Assembly: GCF_000009045.1 (NCBI RefSeq)
Contig: NC_000964.3
Span: 1,350,001-1,382,000, forward strand
Direction of reading: 5' to 3'
Length of the DNA: 32,000 nt
Source of the DNA: Bacillus subtilis subsp. subtilis str. 168
GTDB lineage: Bacteria > Bacillota > Bacilli > Bacillales > Bacillaceae
Shown here: positions 1-7,778 of the stretch, one piece after another
Layout: every line of letters starts with the position of its first letter
How positions within the stretch are numbered: position 1 is the first letter of the stretch
Made by a program: the position numbers and the translations under genes
Notes under the pieces: model-generated
The model's database searches: none
Told to the model about the DNA's origin: nothing
What the model saw: the letters and a program-made list of their open reading frames with translations, nothing else

Positions 1-469
1 TGCTATAAAGAATAAAACCAAGGACAAAGGCAATAATTGGTGATAGAATCAGTGCTTCAATGATTTTAATGAAGCCCTTATAGTTTAACGCTGCAAATCC
101 GGCTGCCGCAATGGCTGCACCGGCAATAGCGCCGATGATGGCATGGGATGAGCTGCTTGGGATACCGTAGTACCATGTGATAAGGTTCCAGGCAATTGCA
201 GCGAGTAGCGCAGCCAAAATGACAACAGAGCCATTTTCCAGCGTATAAGGATCTACGATGTCTTTCGTAATGGTTTTGGCAACACCTGTAAACGTCATTG
301 CTCCGACAAAGTTCATCACAGCAGCCAATATAATGGCATGGCGCGGTTTTAACGCTTTTGTTGATACCGAAGTCGCAATTGCGTTTGCCGTATCATGAAA
401 CCCGTTGATGAAATCAAACGCCAGAGCACAAATGACTATTAGTATCGTTAATATTAATAGAATATCCAT
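1..469 (-). CDS. pit: Low-affinity inorganic phosphate transporter, PiT family (N-terminal part; ORF runs off the window edge)
   Basis: Absent from the ORF track because no stop lies in the window. Reverse-complement translation from ATG (467-469) gives MDILLILTILIVICALAFDFINGFHDTANAIATSVS..., hydrophobic throughout, with the PiT GxxDxAN-type motif. SD GAGGGG lies 5 nt upstream. It starts 12 nt after the ykaA stop, an operon arrangement. Confidence 0.85.
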   Translation of the reverse strand, partial: MDILLILTILIVICALAFDFINGFHDTANAIATSVSTKALKPRHAIILAAVMNFVGAMTFTGVAKTITKDIVDPYTLENGSVVILAALLAAIAWNLITWYYGIPSSSSHAIIGAIAGAAIAAAGFAALNYKGFIKIIEALILSPIIAFVLGFILYS

Positions 470-481
470 TTTTACCCCTCG

Positions 482-1099
482 TTACGCGTTTTTCATAATG
501 ATGGTTTCAAGATTATTGGCAACACTTTGACAAGAGTCGGCGATTTCTTCAAGCGTTTCGTATATTTCACGATATTGAATGACTTTGATTGGATCTGTTT
601 CATTTCCGAAAAGATTCTTTAATGATTTTCTGTGCAAGTTGTCACAACTGTGCTCATACTCTTTAATTTTGATTGCGTGAGGCTGAATATCCTTTAAGCG
701 ATTTTCTGCCAGCAGCTCGATCGTAATCAAAATCTCTTTCGCACATTCTCTGATATATCCGCTGAATTTATCAATATGCTCGTCTGATGAAGTAATTGAG
801 AAAATCTCCATCATGGCAGAGAAATGTTCGATTCCGTCAAGCACATCATCCAAGCTGTTTGTCAGCTGAAGGATATCTTCGCGCTCAATAGGAGTGATGA
901 ACGCTTTGTTAAGCTCTTTAATCATGACATGAACATGATTGTCACCTTTTGTTTCATATTCCTTTAACGTATCTGCAAATTCTTTAAGAGTCGTTTGGTT
1001 AGTGACCTTAAAATTCACAAAATATTCTGCAGTTTCGTCTATGTTCTTTGCAATTTCTGTTAAAAGGAGTGAGAACTTATCTTTTTTTCTTCTTATCAT
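482..1099 (-). CDS. ykaA: PhoU-like / DUF47 Pit accessory protein
   Basis: ORF 482..1135, trimmed to the internal ATG (MIRRKKDKF..., 205 aa), which has SD GGAGGG (rc of 1106-1111) 6 nt upstream. Helical, charged PhoU/DUF47-like sequence immediately upstream of pit. Confidence 0.85.
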   Translation of the reverse strand: MIRRKKDKFSLLLTEIAKNIDETAEYFVNFKVTNQTTLKEFADTLKEYETKGDNHVHVMIKELNKAFITPIEREDILQLTNSLDDVLDGIEHFSAMMEIFSITSSDEHIDKFSGYIRECAKEILITIELLAENRLKDIQPHAIKIKEYEHSCDNLHRKSLKNLFGNETDPIKVIQYREIYETLEEIADSCQSVANNLETIIMKNA

Positions 1100-1340
1100 T
1101 AAAAACCCTCCATAGTTTGAATGAACAATGCACACATCAAATTATTATATAGCCTTTTGTCGAAAAAAAACAGGTAAAGTCGAAAAAAACGTATCTTGAC
1201 TTTTTTGATAAATCGTGTCTCCTTATTTTGACCTACTTCGCTTTAAAAAAACGACCCAAGTTTGCAAAAACTTTCTGCTTAACGTAAAAAGTATATCAAA
1301 AGTTGTGTTTTTCCTGTCAACTTTTATCTTCTGTTTCACC

Positions 1341-1373
1341 AAAAAACGGTTCCCTAAACAAGGGAACCGTTTT
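1341..1373 (-). terminator. Rho-independent terminator of steT (hairpin flanked by A- and T-tracts, potentially bidirectional)
   Basis: CGGTTCCCT (1347-1355) pairs with AGGGAACCG (1361-1369). A6 lies on one side and T4 on the other. It begins 2 nt after the steT stop. Confidence 0.75.
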
Positions 1374-1374
1374 A

Positions 1375-2691
1375 TCAGCTTGCTTTTCGTTTTTTCATCC
1401 CGTAATAAACAGGCAGTCCGGCAAGGCCGATGAGGATGGATAATCCGCAGCTCATTGTATCTGTAATGAGTGTGCTGCCTAACACAAAGAAGGAGCCCGC
1501 GATTGCCAGAATTGGCATAAATGGATAAAGCGGAACACTGTAGGCGCGCTTTTCTCCCTTTGCTCGCTTGCGGAGAATAAACACTGCAAAAAAGGCCATC
1601 ACATAAAAAATGTAGATCATGAAAATGGAGATTTCTGAGAGCTTATCAGGGTTGCTGATCAGCATCATAATCAAAGCCAAAGCAATTTGAAAAGAAATCG
1701 CAATCCATGGTGTGCGGAACGACGGGTGTACATGTGACAGTTTTTCAGCAAATGGAAGCTGTTTGCGTTCCGCCATTGCAAATGAAACACGCGGGAAAGA
1801 AAGCACCTTTCCATTTAAGCACCCAAAGATGCTGACGATAATCCCTACACTGATCAGCTTTCCGCCAATTGAACCGAACAGCATGGTTGCAGCGGTGCTT
1901 GTCGCATTTTCACCAAGCGTGACAATTTCGTTCGCTGACAGGATGTGAAGCAATGCAAAATTAATGAAAATATAGATCGCCGTTACAATTAATAATCCGC
2001 CCGTCATAGCGCGTGGCAGCAGCTTTTCGGGATTTTTCATTTCTCCGCCGAGAGCGGCAAGGAGAATCCATCCGTCATAAGCAAACAACGTAGCTAAAAT
2101 AGCCGCCCCGAAGTTCATATCAGAAATGCTTTCGTTTACTGCTGTGAAGATGTGCTGATCGCCTTTCCAAAGGCCAAAGACGATGATGCAGGCAATCGGA
2201 ATCAGTTTTCCGATCGTTGTCAGCGTTTGGACAAAACCGCCGTATTTTGTACCGATAATATTAATGACGCATAAAAAGAGAACTGCTATAATTCCAATGA
2301 CTTTTGATAGTCCAGATCCCCAGCCGAAAAGATTCGCCATTAAAGATCCAAAATATAAACCCAGCGCGCCAATAATCGCCGGGCCGTAAATGATAATCTG
2401 CACCCAGCCGCACAAAAATCCCCAAAACTCGCCGTACACTTCTTCAAGGTACGTATAAAGCCCGCCGGTTTTTGGAATCTGCGTTCCGATTTCCGCGATT
2501 GTCAAACCGCCCGCCAGTGTTAAAATACCGCCTAACAGCCAGGCGAAAAGCGCCATTTTTGAATCACCTGAATAAGCAAGCACAGCGCCGGGCTTCATAA
2601 AAACACCAGAACCGATAATGGTTCCGATGACAAGAGTAAGGGCAAACAAGAGGCCTATCTCTTTTTTCAAACCGTTGTCTTCAGTATGCAT
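1375..2691 (-). CDS. steT: Amino-acid/polyamine/organocation (APC/LAT) family transporter, serine/threonine exchanger
   Basis: 438-aa ORF with about 12 hydrophobic segments and a typical APC-family N-terminus (GLLFALTLVIGTIIGSGVF). SD GGAGG lies upstream (rc of 2700-2704). Matches my memory of SteT/YkbA. Confidence 0.9.
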   Translation of the reverse strand: MHTEDNGLKKEIGLLFALTLVIGTIIGSGVFMKPGAVLAYSGDSKMALFAWLLGGILTLAGGLTIAEIGTQIPKTGGLYTYLEEVYGEFWGFLCGWVQIIIYGPAIIGALGLYFGSLMANLFGWGSGLSKVIGIIAVLFLCVINIIGTKYGGFVQTLTTIGKLIPIACIIVFGLWKGDQHIFTAVNESISDMNFGAAILATLFAYDGWILLAALGGEMKNPEKLLPRAMTGGLLIVTAIYIFINFALLHILSANEIVTLGENATSTAATMLFGSIGGKLISVGIIVSIFGCLNGKVLSFPRVSFAMAERKQLPFAEKLSHVHPSFRTPWIAISFQIALALIMMLISNPDKLSEISIFMIYIFYVMAFFAVFILRKRAKGEKRAYSVPLYPFMPILAIAGSFFVLGSTLITDTMSCGLSILIGLAGLPVYYGMKKRKAS

Positions 2692-3039
2692 GTCCTTAAC
2701 CTCCTATGATGTTGAAGCTTCATGTTGAAGAATCTATTTTTTCATATTGTAAACCCTATTTTAGAAAAGTGAAATAAAATAAATTTTCTGATTTTCGAAA
2801 TTTGCTTTGTGTACAGCAGATAAAACTGTAGAAATACCTGTTTTAATGGTCTATAAACGAATAAAATTCATAATTTTTATTTACAAAGTTCGTGTTTTAT
2901 GTATTAGGATTTTAGCCGGTACAGAGGGGAGATGAGAATTCAGAAAATGAACGAACCTTCGGTGAAGCTGATATGTTGACTTTCTCATGCGAATAAAATA
3001 CTTTGTTATTAGAACAATAAATATACAATTATGATATGA

Positions 3040-3057
3040 TATCTCGAAATCGAGATA
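3040..3057 (+). promoter_or_regulatory. Perfect 8-2-8 palindrome TATCTCGA-AA-TCGAGATA, probable MhqR (MarR-type) operator of mhqA
   Basis: The palindrome is read directly, 23 nt upstream of the mhqA ATG. mhqA is a known MhqR-regulon member whose operator is an ATCTCGA-type inverted repeat (recalled, not checked). Confidence 0.6.
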
Positions 3058-3079
3058 AAATAACCTGGAGGGACAGCAT

Positions 3080-4030
3080 ATGAAAGTTAACGGCATTCAC
3101 CACGTATCGGCATTAACGGCCGACGCACAAAAAAACTTGGATTTCTATAAGAAAGTATTAGGATTAAAGCTCGTCAAAAAATCCGTCAATCAGGATGAAC
3201 CGACAATGTACCATCTGTTCTACGGAGATGAAGTGGCAAACCCGGGAACTGAGCTGACGTTTTTCGAGATTCCCCGCATTGCACCGTTTCATGCGGGAAC
3301 AAACAGTATTTCTTCTATTGGATTGCGCGTTCCAGGCACAGAAGCCCTGCATTACTGGAAAGAACGTTTTGAAGAGCAGCAAGTAACGCACAGCGGCATC
3401 TCCAAAAGAGCCGGACGTGACATATTGGCATTTCAAGATCATGAGGGGCAGCGACTTGTGCTGACTGCTGATGAGGAAGGAAAAGGATATGGCCTGCCTG
3501 TTAAACAGAGCGGCATTCCGGAAGAATTTTCGTTTCGCGGGTTAGGGCCGGTTGAACTGACTGTGCCATATGCTGAACCAACTTTACACGTATTGACGAA
3601 TATTCTTGGATTTACAGAAATCAGCCGTGAACCAGTCGAAGGGCAAGGAACCGCCGTTATTCTGGAATCAGGAGAAGGCGGTGCTGCAACGGAAATCCAT
3701 TTAATAGAAAGAAACGATCTTCCGCGAGAGCGTCAAGGCAAAGGGAGTGTTCACCACGTCGCATTTCGGGTAAGAGATGAAGAAGAACTTGCCGGGTGGC
3801 ACCGGATCATCAGCCGCGAAGGCTTTAGCAATTCAGGCATAGTTGAGCGCTACTATTTCAAGGCGCTGTATTTCAGAGAACCGAACGGCATTTTGTTCGA
3901 GTTATCAACAGACGGACCGGGCTTTATGGTAGATGAAAATCTTGATGAGCTTGGCCAAACGATTGCTCTTCCGCCATATCTAGAGCATCGAAGAGCAGAA
4001 ATTGAAGCAAAATTGAAACCGATCCAATAA
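3080..4030 (+). CDS. mhqA: Ring-cleaving dioxygenase / glyoxalase (VOC) family, two-domain
   Basis: 316-aa ORF with SD GGAGGG 7 nt upstream. It has two VOC-type repeats (GIHHVSALT..., SVHHVAFRV...). Confidence 0.9.
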   Translation: MKVNGIHHVSALTADAQKNLDFYKKVLGLKLVKKSVNQDEPTMYHLFYGDEVANPGTELTFFEIPRIAPFHAGTNSISSIGLRVPGTEALHYWKERFEEQQVTHSGISKRAGRDILAFQDHEGQRLVLTADEEGKGYGLPVKQSGIPEEFSFRGLGPVELTVPYAEPTLHVLTNILGFTEISREPVEGQGTAVILESGEGGAATEIHLIERNDLPRERQGKGSVHHVAFRVRDEEELAGWHRIISREGFSNSGIVERYYFKALYFREPNGILFELSTDGPGFMVDENLDELGQTIALPPYLEHRRAEIEAKLKPIQ

Positions 4031-4044
4031 ATTGTGATTCTTTT

Positions 4045-4074
4045 GCCTTCCGGCGCCGCCGGAGGGCTTTTTTT
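4045..4074 (+). terminator. Rho-independent terminator of mhqA
   Basis: GC-rich hairpin GCCTTCCGGCG/CGCCGGAGGGC followed by T8. Confidence 0.8.
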
Positions 4075-4130
4075 ATTACCATAATTAATTTTGACCTAAA
4101 CAGCATGCCTTATTAGGGAGGAAATATCAG

Positions 4131-4277
4131 ATGCTGATTGGGAGAAATGGCTTAAAACCCTTTGCAAATATGGGTGATTGGTATGGAATGGCCTCGGCAA
4201 AAATATTGTCTTTGTTTATTAATAGTTTATTCATATTTGCTTGTTACACTATTTCAAAGTTAGACAAAAAGGAGTGA
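4131..4277 (+). CDS. Candidate 48-aa small membrane protein / leader ORF upstream of ykcB
   Basis: Below the ORF-track size cut-off. AGGGAGG (4115-4121) lies 9 nt before the ATG. Product is MLIGRNGLKPFANMGDWYGMASAKILSLFINSLFIFACYTISKLDKKE with one hydrophobic helix. The stop TGA (4275-4277) sits between the ykcB SD (GGAG, 4271-4274) and the ykcB GTG (4285). Confidence 0.45.
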   Translation: MLIGRNGLKPFANMGDWYGMASAKILSLFINSLFIFACYTISKLDKKE

Positions 4278-4284
4278 AAAATAA

Positions 4285-6435
4285 GTGGAAAAGAAAAAAC
4301 GCGAGCTGGATATCGTCCTCCTCCTCATTTTGCTCGCATCTGCATTCTTAAATATCTATAACATTTGGAAGGACGACACGGTGAATCCTTATTACACCGC
4401 GGCAGTTACAAGTATGATGCAAAGCTTTCATAATTTCTTTTATGCTTCGTTCGATGCTGCCGGCTTTATAACAGTAGATAAACCGCCTGTTACATACCAA
4501 ATCCAAACGATCAGCGCACTGATATTCGGTATGCACGGCTGGAGCGTCATCCTGCCTCAGGCACTTGCTGGTGTAGGTTCTGTCCTTCTTATGTACTTGC
4601 TGATAAAGCCGACATTTGGAAAAACGGCGGCGCGTATTGCCTCATTTGTTATGGCATGTACGCCGATAGCTGTAGCTGTAGCACGTACAAACAATGTTGA
4701 TGCATTACTGGTATTTTTCTTATTGCTTGCTACATGGCTTCTCTTTAAAGCGATCAGAAAAGGAAAGCTGATCTGGCTGTTAGCAGCATTTTTCGTTGTT
4801 GGAGTAGGTTTTAATACAAAAATGCTGCAGGCTTACATGATTTTACCGGCTTTCTTATTGTTCTATCTGATTGCGGCAAACGCCACAATCAAGAAAAAAA
4901 TCGTTTCATTGGTAAGTGCGTTAGCCGTATTAGCAGCCGTTTCGTTATCGTGGCCGCTCATTGTTGACAATATCCCTGCAAGCAAGCGGCCTTATATCGG
5001 AAGCAGCCAAACCAACTCTGTTTTGGAATTGGCTTTCGGCTATAACGGAATCCAGCGGCTGACAGGCCAAAATTCAGGCGGCGGCCAGGGTGCGCCAAAC
5101 AAAGACGCTTCAAAAGAAATGTCTTCTTCTGATAACACTCAAGCACCGCCTAATCAGTCATCAAGCAACAGCTCATCAAGCGATGGTAAATCCTCAAATG
5201 GCAATATGGCGGCGCCTCCATCCAATGGCCAAATGCCAAGCGGCGGTCAAGGAGGCCCTCCAAGCGGCGGAGATGGCGGCCAAGGCGGACCCGGCGGAGA
5301 CGGAGGGAAAGGCGGTACAGGAACCGGTTCGAAAATGCAATCAGGTTCAGGGATGTTTGGAACGGGAACACCTGGTCCACTGCGGCTTTTCCAACAAGAG
5401 TTATCTGATCAAATCAGCTGGCTTCTGCCATTTGCGATATTTGGAATCGCAGGCTTACTGATCGCTGGCGCAAGAGAAAGAAGAAGATTATCTGTAGAGC
5501 AGAAGGAAACGGTGTTCTGGGTTGCGTGGCTTGTACCGATTGCCGGATTCTTCAGTGTCGCAGAATTTTTCCATCATTATTATCTCATCATGCTGGCACC
5601 GCCGATTGCGGCTCTTGTCGGTGCGGGGTGGGTCGCTCTTGTTCATCTGTACCGCAATCAGACAGGCTGGAAAGCATGGCTTTTGCCGGGAGCAATTATT
5701 GCGACAACTGGATTTGAATTGTTTATTCTCAGAAACTACAACGATCAAATCGGTGTTGGATGGAGTATCGGGGTAGGTGTTATCGGCGTGTTGTCAGCGA
5801 TTGCTTTGCTGCTGTTTAAACAGCGCCAAAAACCGTTCAGTTATTATGTTTCACTTGCAGCTCTCCTCGCATTGCTGGTGATGCCGATGTATTGGGCAAG
5901 TACACCGCTTCTGTACGGAGGCAACAGCTCACTGCCTGAAACAGGCCCTCAACTCGCATCAATGAGCGGAAAAGGCATGGGAATGTCTGATGCGACTGTA
6001 AATGAAAAACTGATCAAATATCTAGAGGAGAATAACTCCGGAGCTGAATACCTATTCGCCACAACCGATTCGAACACAGCGGCACCATATATCATTAAAA
6101 CGAAAAAAGCTGTCATGGCTATTGGTGGATACAGCGGTTCTGACCCGGCAATCACACTGACTCAATTCAAAAAACTTGTAAAAGAAGGAAAAGTGAAATA
6201 CTTCTTGGCTTCTGGAATGGGAAGAGGCGGAAACAATGACATTGTTGAATGGGTTGAGAAAAATGGAAAAGAAGTAGCATCAGAAAAATGGCAATCAAGT
6301 TCTGATCAAAAAACAGAAAATACTGATTCAGCTGATACATCAAGCAGCAAGGCTTCAGGTGAAAACGGCAAAATGGGCGGACCTGGCGGAATGAATCAGT
6401 CAGCAACATTATACGAACTACATGCTGATGAATAG
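4285..6435 (+). CDS. ykcB: Multi-pass GT-C fold glycosyltransferase (ArnT/PMT_2-like, putative mannosyltransferase) with an internal low-complexity loop
   Basis: 716-aa ORF with a GTG start and SD AAAGGAG. There are many TM segments in the N-terminal part and again after the disordered insert, then a soluble C-terminal domain. It is followed 11 nt later by the GT2 partner. Confidence 0.9.
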   Translation: MEKKKRELDIVLLLILLASAFLNIYNIWKDDTVNPYYTAAVTSMMQSFHNFFYASFDAAGFITVDKPPVTYQIQTISALIFGMHGWSVILPQALAGVGSVLLMYLLIKPTFGKTAARIASFVMACTPIAVAVARTNNVDALLVFFLLLATWLLFKAIRKGKLIWLLAAFFVVGVGFNTKMLQAYMILPAFLLFYLIAANATIKKKIVSLVSALAVLAAVSLSWPLIVDNIPASKRPYIGSSQTNSVLELAFGYNGIQRLTGQNSGGGQGAPNKDASKEMSSSDNTQAPPNQSSSNSSSSDGKSSNGNMAAPPSNGQMPSGGQGGPPSGGDGGQGGPGGDGGKGGTGTGSKMQSGSGMFGTGTPGPLRLFQQELSDQISWLLPFAIFGIAGLLIAGARERRRLSVEQKETVFWVAWLVPIAGFFSVAEFFHHYYLIMLAPPIAALVGAGWVALVHLYRNQTGWKAWLLPGAIIATTGFELFILRNYNDQIGVGWSIGVGVIGVLSAIALLLFKQRQKPFSYYVSLAALLALLVMPMYWASTPLLYGGNSSLPETGPQLASMSGKGMGMSDATVNEKLIKYLEENNSGAEYLFATTDSNTAAPYIIKTKKAVMAIGGYSGSDPAITLTQFKKLVKEGKVKYFLASGMGRGGNNDIVEWVEKNGKEVASEKWQSSSDQKTENTDSADTSSSKASGENGKMGGPGGMNQSATLYELHADE

Positions 6436-6446
6436 GAGGCAAAAAC

Positions 6447-7418
6447 ATGAGCAGACATATTCAATATTCAATTGTTGTACCTGTGTATAATGAAGAGCTT
6501 GTCATTCATGAAACCTATCAGCGCTTAAAAGAGGTCATGGATCAAACGAAGGAAAACTACGAGCTGCTTTTTGTCAACGATGGCAGCAAAGACCGCAGTA
6601 TTGAGATTTTAAGAGAGCACAGCCTGATCGATCCGAGAGTGAAAATTATTGATTTTTCAAGGAATTTTGGACATCAGATCGCCATTACGGCAGGTATGGA
6701 TTATGCACAGGGGAATGCAATCGTCGTCATTGACGCCGATTTGCAGGACCCTCCTGAACTGATTTTAGAAATGATTGAAAAGTGGAAGGAAGGCTATGAA
6801 GTCGTGTACGCCGTACGGACTAAACGAAAAGGGGAAACCTTTTTCAAAAAACAAACCGCGGCTATGTTTTACCGGCTTCTCAGCGGTATGACAGATATTG
6901 ATATCCCGATTGATACGGGGGATTTTCGCCTCATGGACAGAAAAGTCTGTGATGAAATGAAGAGATTAAAAGAAAAAAATCCATTTGTAAGAGGGCTAGT
7001 CAGCTGGGTGGGTTTCAAACAGACAGCGGTCGAGTATGTACGTGATGAAAGGCTCGCCGGAGAAACAAAGTACCCGCTCAAGAAAATGCTGAAGCTGTCA
7101 ATGGACGGCATCACGACATTTTCACATAAACCGCTGAAGCTGGCAAGCTATGCGGGGATTTTAATGTCAGGTACTGGATTTCTGTATATGTTTATCGTGC
7201 TGTATCTGAAGCTATTCACAGACAGCACGATTACCGGCTGGTCATCACTTATTGTGATCCAGCTCCTGTTCAGCGGCATTGTCCTTCTGATTTTGGGCGT
7301 GATTGGCGAATATATCGGCAGAATCTACGATGAAGCCAAAGACAGGCCGCTTTACATCGTCCAAAAATCGTATGGAATTGAAAATAAAAGACTCTATAGA
7401 GACCAGCATATGTCATAA
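6447..7418 (+). CDS. ykcC: GT2 polyprenyl-phosphate glycosyltransferase (GtrB/ArnC/CsbB-like)
   Basis: 323-aa ORF with SD GGAGG 7 nt upstream. GT2 motifs are VVPVYNEE, NDGSKD and VVIDADLQDPPE. Two C-terminal TM helices. Confidence 0.9.
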   Translation: MSRHIQYSIVVPVYNEELVIHETYQRLKEVMDQTKENYELLFVNDGSKDRSIEILREHSLIDPRVKIIDFSRNFGHQIAITAGMDYAQGNAIVVIDADLQDPPELILEMIEKWKEGYEVVYAVRTKRKGETFFKKQTAAMFYRLLSGMTDIDIPIDTGDFRLMDRKVCDEMKRLKEKNPFVRGLVSWVGFKQTAVEYVRDERLAGETKYPLKKMLKLSMDGITTFSHKPLKLASYAGILMSGTGFLYMFIVLYLKLFTDSTITGWSSLIVIQLLFSGIVLLILGVIGEYIGRIYDEAKDRPLYIVQKSYGIENKRLYRDQHMS

Positions 7419-7425
7419 CCTCAAA

Positions 7426-7455
7426 CCCCCTGTCCGTAATGGACAGGGGGTTTTT
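7426..7455 (+). terminator. Rho-independent terminator of ykcBC
   Basis: CCCCCTGTCC (7426-7435), loop GTAAT, GGACAGGGGG (7441-7450), then T5. Confidence 0.85.
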
Positions 7456-7601
7456 ATGCTCTGAGCACGATCTAAAGCAAAAGATGCTGATAGATATATG
7501 GAAATTGGGTAAAGAAGAGATTGTGAGCTTGTACTGCGGTTCAGTCATGCTGAAATAAAAACAGCAAAACTTAAAGATTTCGTCCTCGGCTTTGCTGCAT
7601 G

Positions 7602-7778
7602 TCAGCTGTTATATTGGGGGGCTTTTAAGAAACGCATGATTAGAGCCGTACCAGTTATGTTTAATAGAATACTCGTACCCAATACAATTCCCCACGTCAA
7701 CGTCGATTCAGAGAGAAGAAAGCTCAGCAAAAGAAAAGCCAATCCTGCGCAGATCATACCCAGTCCCACGGTTTTCAT
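7602..7778 (-). CDS. Candidate 58-aa two-helix small membrane protein
   Basis: ORF 7602..7796 trimmed to the ATG at 7778 (MKTVGLGMICAGLAFLLLSFLL...WGIVLGTSILLNITGTALIM...). AGGAGG (rc of 7785-7790) lies 7 nt upstream. A SigA-like TTGACA (rc of 7826-7831), 17 nt, TAGAAA lies upstream. A stem CAGCAAA/TTTGCTG plus U-tract lies downstream. Confidence 0.5.
   Translation of the reverse strand: MKTVGLGMICAGLAFLLLSFLLSESTLTWGIVLGTSILLNITGTALIMRFLKAPQYNS

Noticed and set aside
1215-1433. 72-aa plus-strand ORF in the ykaA/steT spacer
   Set aside because: It has a GTG start without an SD. It runs through the steT terminator hairpin into the steT 3' end, and its product is not protein-like.
2709-2730. 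Direct repeat ATGTTGAAG x2 (2709-2717 and 2722-2730) flanking a GAAGCTTC palindrome in the steT 5' leader
   Set aside because: The repeat is real, but it is only 9 nt long. The possible hairpin has a 4-bp stem or no loop. I cannot attach a function or exclude chance.
2881-3096. 71-aa minus-strand ORF in the steT/mhqA spacer
   Set aside because: It overlaps the mhqA promoter, the MhqR palindrome and the mhqA start. It has no SD and reflects AT-rich spacer translation.
5090-5461. Alternative-frame ORFs (5090..5461 +, 5150..5380 -, 4958..5146 -) inside ykcB
   Set aside because: They lie within the GC-rich low-complexity repeat region of ykcB, where stop codons are depleted in all frames. They have no SD, and their products are low-complexity Arg/Ala/Gln strings.
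7473-7547. 24-codon ORF (MLIDIWKLGKEEIVSLYCGSVMLK) between the ykcC terminator and the 58-aa ORF
   Set aside because: No Shine-Dalgarno precedes the ATG, and there is no promoter-like sequence. It is very short and most likely chance.
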